NCBI GenBank assembly: GCA_963703315.1
Contig: OY969811.1
Span: 160,001-224,000, forward strand
DNA: 64,000 nt
Reading direction: 5' to 3'
Source of the DNA: an uncultured cyanobacterium
GTDB taxonomy: Bacteria; Cyanobacteriota; Cyanobacteriia; Pseudanabaenales; Pseudanabaenaceae
Every line of letters starts with the position of its first letter. The first letter of the stretch is position 1. Positions 60,643 through 64,000 of this stretch are shown in pieces. The position numbers and the translations under genes are program-made. The notes under the pieces were generated by a model. The model had not been told where the DNA came from and searched no databases. It saw only the letters and a list, made by a program, of their open reading frames with translations.

Positions 60643-60999
60643 ATGTCTATAAAGTCCGAAGTGCAAGATCGATCGCAGTTACAATCTCTGCCAAACACTC
60701 AACCCAAATTACAGGCAAGATCTGAACATTGGCAAATTGTCAGTACTACTTTTATTACGGTATTTCTTGCTGAGCTTGGTGACAAAACCCAGCTAAGTGT
60801 TTTAGTGATTTCGGCGCAATCACATCAGCCTTGGGTTGTATTTACAGGAGCAGCGATCGCCTTAGTCTCCACGAGCTTATTAGGTGTACTTGCTGGTAAA
60901 TGGTTAGCCAAAACATTTTCGCCTAGTTTATTAAATACTTTGGCAGGTTTAAGTTTTCTGATTTTGTCGATTAGCTTGTTGTGGGAAGCGATCGCCTAA
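60643..60999 (+). CDS. Half-size UPF0016/GDT1 (TMEM165) Mn/Ca transporter subunit
   Basis: FLAELGDKTQL motif; 3 TM segments. Confidence 0.9.
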   Translation: MSIKSEVQDRSQLQSLPNTQPKLQARSEHWQIVSTTFITVFLAELGDKTQLSVLVISAQSHQPWVVFTGAAIALVSTSLLGVLAGKWLAKTFSPSLLNTLAGLSFLILSISLLWEAIA

Positions 61000-61062
61000 T
61001 CAAAAAGCAAAAAAAAGCAACACTCAGTGTTGCTTTTTCTGATCAAAAATTGAGTAACAAAT

Positions 61063-61341
61063 ATGGATTGGCAATTATTATTTCTGAGTTTTAGTACAAT
61101 TTTTTTATCAGAGTTGGGTGATAAAAGTCAGCTAGCTACCCTGAGTTTGAGTGGTAGCTCTAAGGCTCCCAGATTTGTATTTATCGGCTCTGCCGCCGCT
61201 TTACTACTCGCAAGCTCGATTGGCGTATTTCTTGGGGACAGCATTTCCGTGTTCTTGCCAACCAAACTACTCAAGGCGATCGCCGCAGGTTTATTTGCAA
61301 TTATGGCAATGCGATTATTTATGTCTGACGCTAATGAATAA
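61063..61341 (+). CDS. Half-size UPF0016/GDT1 transporter subunit
   Basis: FLSELGDKSQL motif; 3 TM segments. Confidence 0.9.
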   Translation: MDWQLLFLSFSTIFLSELGDKSQLATLSLSGSSKAPRFVFIGSAAALLLASSIGVFLGDSISVFLPTKLLKAIAAGLFAIMAMRLFMSDANE

Positions 61342-61368
61342 AAAAAGCACCCGATGGGTGCTTTTTTT
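61340..61368. terminator. Bidirectional terminator
   Basis: AAAAAAAGCACCC-gat-GGGTGCTTTTTTT between convergent stop codons. Confidence 0.85.
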
Positions 61369-62352
61369 TTAGAAGTTCATTTCAACAGCTTGAACTTTTT
61401 CGATTTGCTTCTTCTTCAGTACCAACAAAATTTGAGTCACAATTACTGCGGCAAAAAATGCTAGTAAACCTTGAACACGGCGAGGATCTTGAAGGACGAT
61501 TTCACCATCATGCTGACCAAAACCACCAACATTAGGATTGGTAGTTAGAGGCGCTCCCACCTTAACTTCACTACCAGGCTCTACCACTAGTTCTGCACCA
61601 GCAGGAACCTTCTCTACAGCAATACTTCCGTCAGTTGTTTGAATAGAAATTTCATAACCACCATAGATACCTTCATCTTCATTAGGTTCTATTGGGCTAA
61701 TTTGGGTAACTAGACCAGATACAGAAGATGTGTATTCGTTATTATTGCTTTTCTCACCAGTGGGGTAAACTTGACCACGACCACGGTTACCGCCAGCGTA
61801 TACAGAATACTTCAAGAAATGAATATTCTTATCTTTTGCAGGATCGGGAGAGAGGACAGGGAAAACAATTTCAGAATACTCATCACCAGAGATAGGTCCA
61901 ACAAGAACAATGTTTTCTTGAGTATCGCTATAGGGTTGGTAATAAAGATCTTTGGTTTTTTCCTTTAGTTCTTCAGAGAGACGCTCTTCAGGAGCAATTT
62001 TGAAACCCTCAGGCAATACCAAAACTGCACCAATATTTAAACCTGTTTTGCTACCATCAGCAGATACTTGCTGTTTGGTGTGATCGTAAGGAACTTTGAT
62101 TACGGCTTCAAATACGGAGTCTGGCTTAACTGCTTGAGGCAACTCTAACTCAATATCTTTTTTAGCTAGGTGGCAGTTAGCACAGACAATTTTACCAGTG
62201 GCTTCGCGAGGGGTTTTGTAAGCTTCTTGAGCAAAGTAGGGATAGGCGAAAGCGGACTGATTATTCAGACCAAAGAATAAAGTCAAGCTGGTGAGGACAC
62301 ATAGGCTAATTCCGACTAGTAGACGGTTAGCACGAGATAAGGCTTTTTTCAT
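61369..62352 (-). CDS. petA: Apocytochrome f
   Basis: [22 protein letters not shown] and LKKKQ motifs. Confidence 0.97.
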   Translation of the reverse strand: MKKALSRANRLLVGISLCVLTSLTLFFGLNNQSAFAYPYFAQEAYKTPREATGKIVCANCHLAKKDIELELPQAVKPDSVFEAVIKVPYDHTKQQVSADGSKTGLNIGAVLVLPEGFKIAPEERLSEELKEKTKDLYYQPYSDTQENIVLVGPISGDEYSEIVFPVLSPDPAKDKNIHFLKYSVYAGGNRGRGQVYPTGEKSNNNEYTSSVSGLVTQISPIEPNEDEGIYGGYEISIQTTDGSIAVEKVPAGAELVVEPGSEVKVGAPLTTNPNVGGFGQHDGEIVLQDPRRVQGLLAFFAAVIVTQILLVLKKKQIEKVQAVEMNF

Positions 62353-62446
62353 GTATAAATGCAGAATATGAGTTTAAAGATCGTGAGTCAAAGATCGATT
62401 TACAAAATTTCTGAGAAATATCGGCAATGTACTTCTCAAAACTGGC

Positions 62447-62986
62447 TTAAGACCACCAAGGTGCTTCATTGGTACGGAAGTCAGTTTCTGTCCAAGTGCT
62501 AAATTGCACAACGTCATCTTCAACGCTGGCATGGGCAAGAGCGAGAGATAAAGGAGCAGGACCTCGGACGACTTTACCTTCGTTGTTGTACTGGGAGCCA
62601 TGACAAGGACAGATAAATTTGTTTTCAGCAGCATTCCAAGGTACAACGCAACCGAGGTGAGTACAAACTGCATTCAATCCGTAAGAGGCAATTTCTTTGT
62701 TTTCAGTGACAACGATATAGGTGGGGTCGCCTTTGAGTCCTTGGGCTAGTTCACGCTCACCAGCTTGATGACTTGCCAAGAAAGCCGAAGCAATTATATC
62801 TTTGCCCAATGCATCTTTAGCAGCAACTCCACCGCCAGCACCACCGCGAGATGGAGGCACAAAATATGCCAAGAAGGGGTAAGCAGCTCCAAGGGTGGTT
62901 ACGGCAGCAGACCCCCCTAAAACTAAGTTCATAAACTTGCGACGACCCATGCTAGGGATATCGGCGGATGCAGAAGCTTGACTCAT
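62447..62986 (-). CDS. petC: Cytochrome b6f Rieske Fe-S subunit
   Basis: CTHLGC, CPCHGS and GPAPLSL motifs. Confidence 0.97.
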   Translation of the reverse strand: MSQASASADIPSMGRRKFMNLVLGGSAAVTTLGAAYPFLAYFVPPSRGGAGGGVAAKDALGKDIIASAFLASHQAGERELAQGLKGDPTYIVVTENKEIASYGLNAVCTHLGCVVPWNAAENKFICPCHGSQYNNEGKVVRGPAPLSLALAHASVEDDVVQFSTWTETDFRTNEAPWWS

Positions 62987-63330
62987 AAATTTGAATAACG
63001 GTTTTGCTGAGAAATATTACGTTTTATATATCAATCTCTACCATGATATCGACAATCTTTGGACATCTCTCTAGTTGTTTTGCAACGAAATGTTAAGCAT
63101 GGCGATCGCTGCTCCGATTAAACCTAGTTATTAAAGGGGGTAATCTTTGCATATATACTTCTTTGCTATTTTTGGGGCTTTGGTGCAATGCCAACGCGAA
63201 AACTTTGTGGGGATAGATTTTTTTATTTGCAATTTTATTTACAAACTGAATATGTACTTCTTTGAAAAAGCTAAGTAGGAAGGCTTAGTTAAGCTATGTT
63301 TGAGAGAGAGAATAGCATTGCTGCTCTTGT

Positions 63331-63368
63331 CAAATTTCAACTGGCAAATTTCAACTGGCAAATTTCAA
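63331..63368 (+). repeat. 14-bp tandem repeat
   Basis: CAAATTTCAACTGG x2.7. Confidence 0.8.
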
Positions 63369-63394
63369 AATGCTTAAGTCCTAACCTTGCCTAT

Positions 63395-64000
63395 ATGAAC
63401 GGAAAACCCGCTTCACAATTATCTAAATATCGGATCTTGGGTTTAGTTGGCAGAGGTCAATTTGGCAAAGTTTTGTGTGCGCGTATGCGGGATACAGGCA
63501 AACTAGTTGCCCTCAAAGAGCTTGAGAACAAAAGGTTTCCGACCAGTAAGCTGTTAAGAGAACTAAGGTTTTTGCTGACTTTACAGCATGAAAATATTGT
63601 TTCTTGTTCTGCACTTGTCCATCATCAAAATTATCGCTATCTCGTCATGGACTACTGCGAGGGGGGGACATTACGCGATCTCATGAATCATGCAAATATG
63701 CTGTCGGTGAAGCAATGCTTTGATTTAGTGAACGATATTTTACTGGGTTTAGAACACGCTCATGCCGTAAATATTATTCATTGCGATATTAAACCTGAAA
63801 ATGTCCTGCTGAAGATTACAGCGAAGGGATGGATGGCAAAAATCTCTGACTTTGGCATTGCTCGTCTCAGTCAAGAAATTGATTCGGATGGCAGTAGTAA
63901 TACAGGCTCTCCGGGATATATGGCTCCTGAGCGCTTTTATGGTCAGTTCTCGGCAGGCTCGGATGTTTATGCTGTTGGGATTATCTTGTATGAGCTTTTA
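63395..64000 (+). CDS. Ser/Thr protein kinase, runs off the window end
   Basis: Hand-translated from ATG 63395: GRGQFG, VALKE, HCDIKPEN, ISDFG and GSPGYMAPE motifs. Confidence 0.92.
   Translation, partial: MNGKPASQLSKYRILGLVGRGQFGKVLCARMRDTGKLVALKELENKRFPTSKLLRELRFLLTLQHENIVSCSALVHHQNYRYLVMDYCEGGTLRDLMNHANMLSVKQCFDLVNDILLGLEHAHAVNIIHCDIKPENVLLKITAKGWMAKISDFGIARLSQEIDSDGSSNTGSPGYMAPERFYGQFSAGSDVYAVGIILYELL

Noticed and set aside
528..62673. Numerous 60-150 aa ORFs antisense to or nested in real genes (e.g. 9760-10173, 32745-33215, 54047-54463, 59729-60148)
   Set aside because: Shadow ORFs of well-supported genes, with no motifs of their own.
1..64000. High frequency of GCGATCGC as a novel repeat
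   Set aside because: This is HIP1, a well-known cyanobacterial feature; used here only as a taxonomic and foreign-DNA marker.

Overview
Cyanobacterial chromosome segment. The HIP1 octamer GCGATCGC is very abundant, and petA/petC, ndhO, ndhS, opcA and ycf34 are present. Gene content and repeat style suggest a Pseudanabaena-like lineage (inference only). Most of the window is housekeeping or signalling: zwf-opcA, pyrH-frr, tpiA, rpsL-rpsG-fusA-tuf, rnz, gmk, dacB, petCA, two adenylate cyclases and two Ser/Thr kinases. I found no rRNA, tRNA, CRISPR array or intact transposase. Main observations: (1) a tandem pair of ~480-bp non-coding units (29650-30125, 30156-30641), each with a promoter-like head, a strongly pairing core with possible pseudoknots, short variable blocks and an identical terminator, i.e. 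a candidate ~400-nt structured RNA that I cannot assign to a known family; (2) a light-sensing phosphorelay island (41.1-51.1 kb: RcaC/RfpB-like regulator, biliverdin-type phytochrome, CBCR-like kinase, CheY-like proteins) with five intergenic sites where TCCTCA lies exactly 11 nt before a -10-like hexamer, three of them as a TC[C/T/A]TCA-N5-TCCTCA direct repeat; (3) a 218-bp MITE in two copies with different 6-bp target duplications; (4) families of palindromic mini-elements capped by GC-GNA-GC loops; (5) an apparent frameshift at the 3' end of zwf, plus several gene relics and pseudo-enzymes. All product calls come from motif recognition by eye; no database searches were run.
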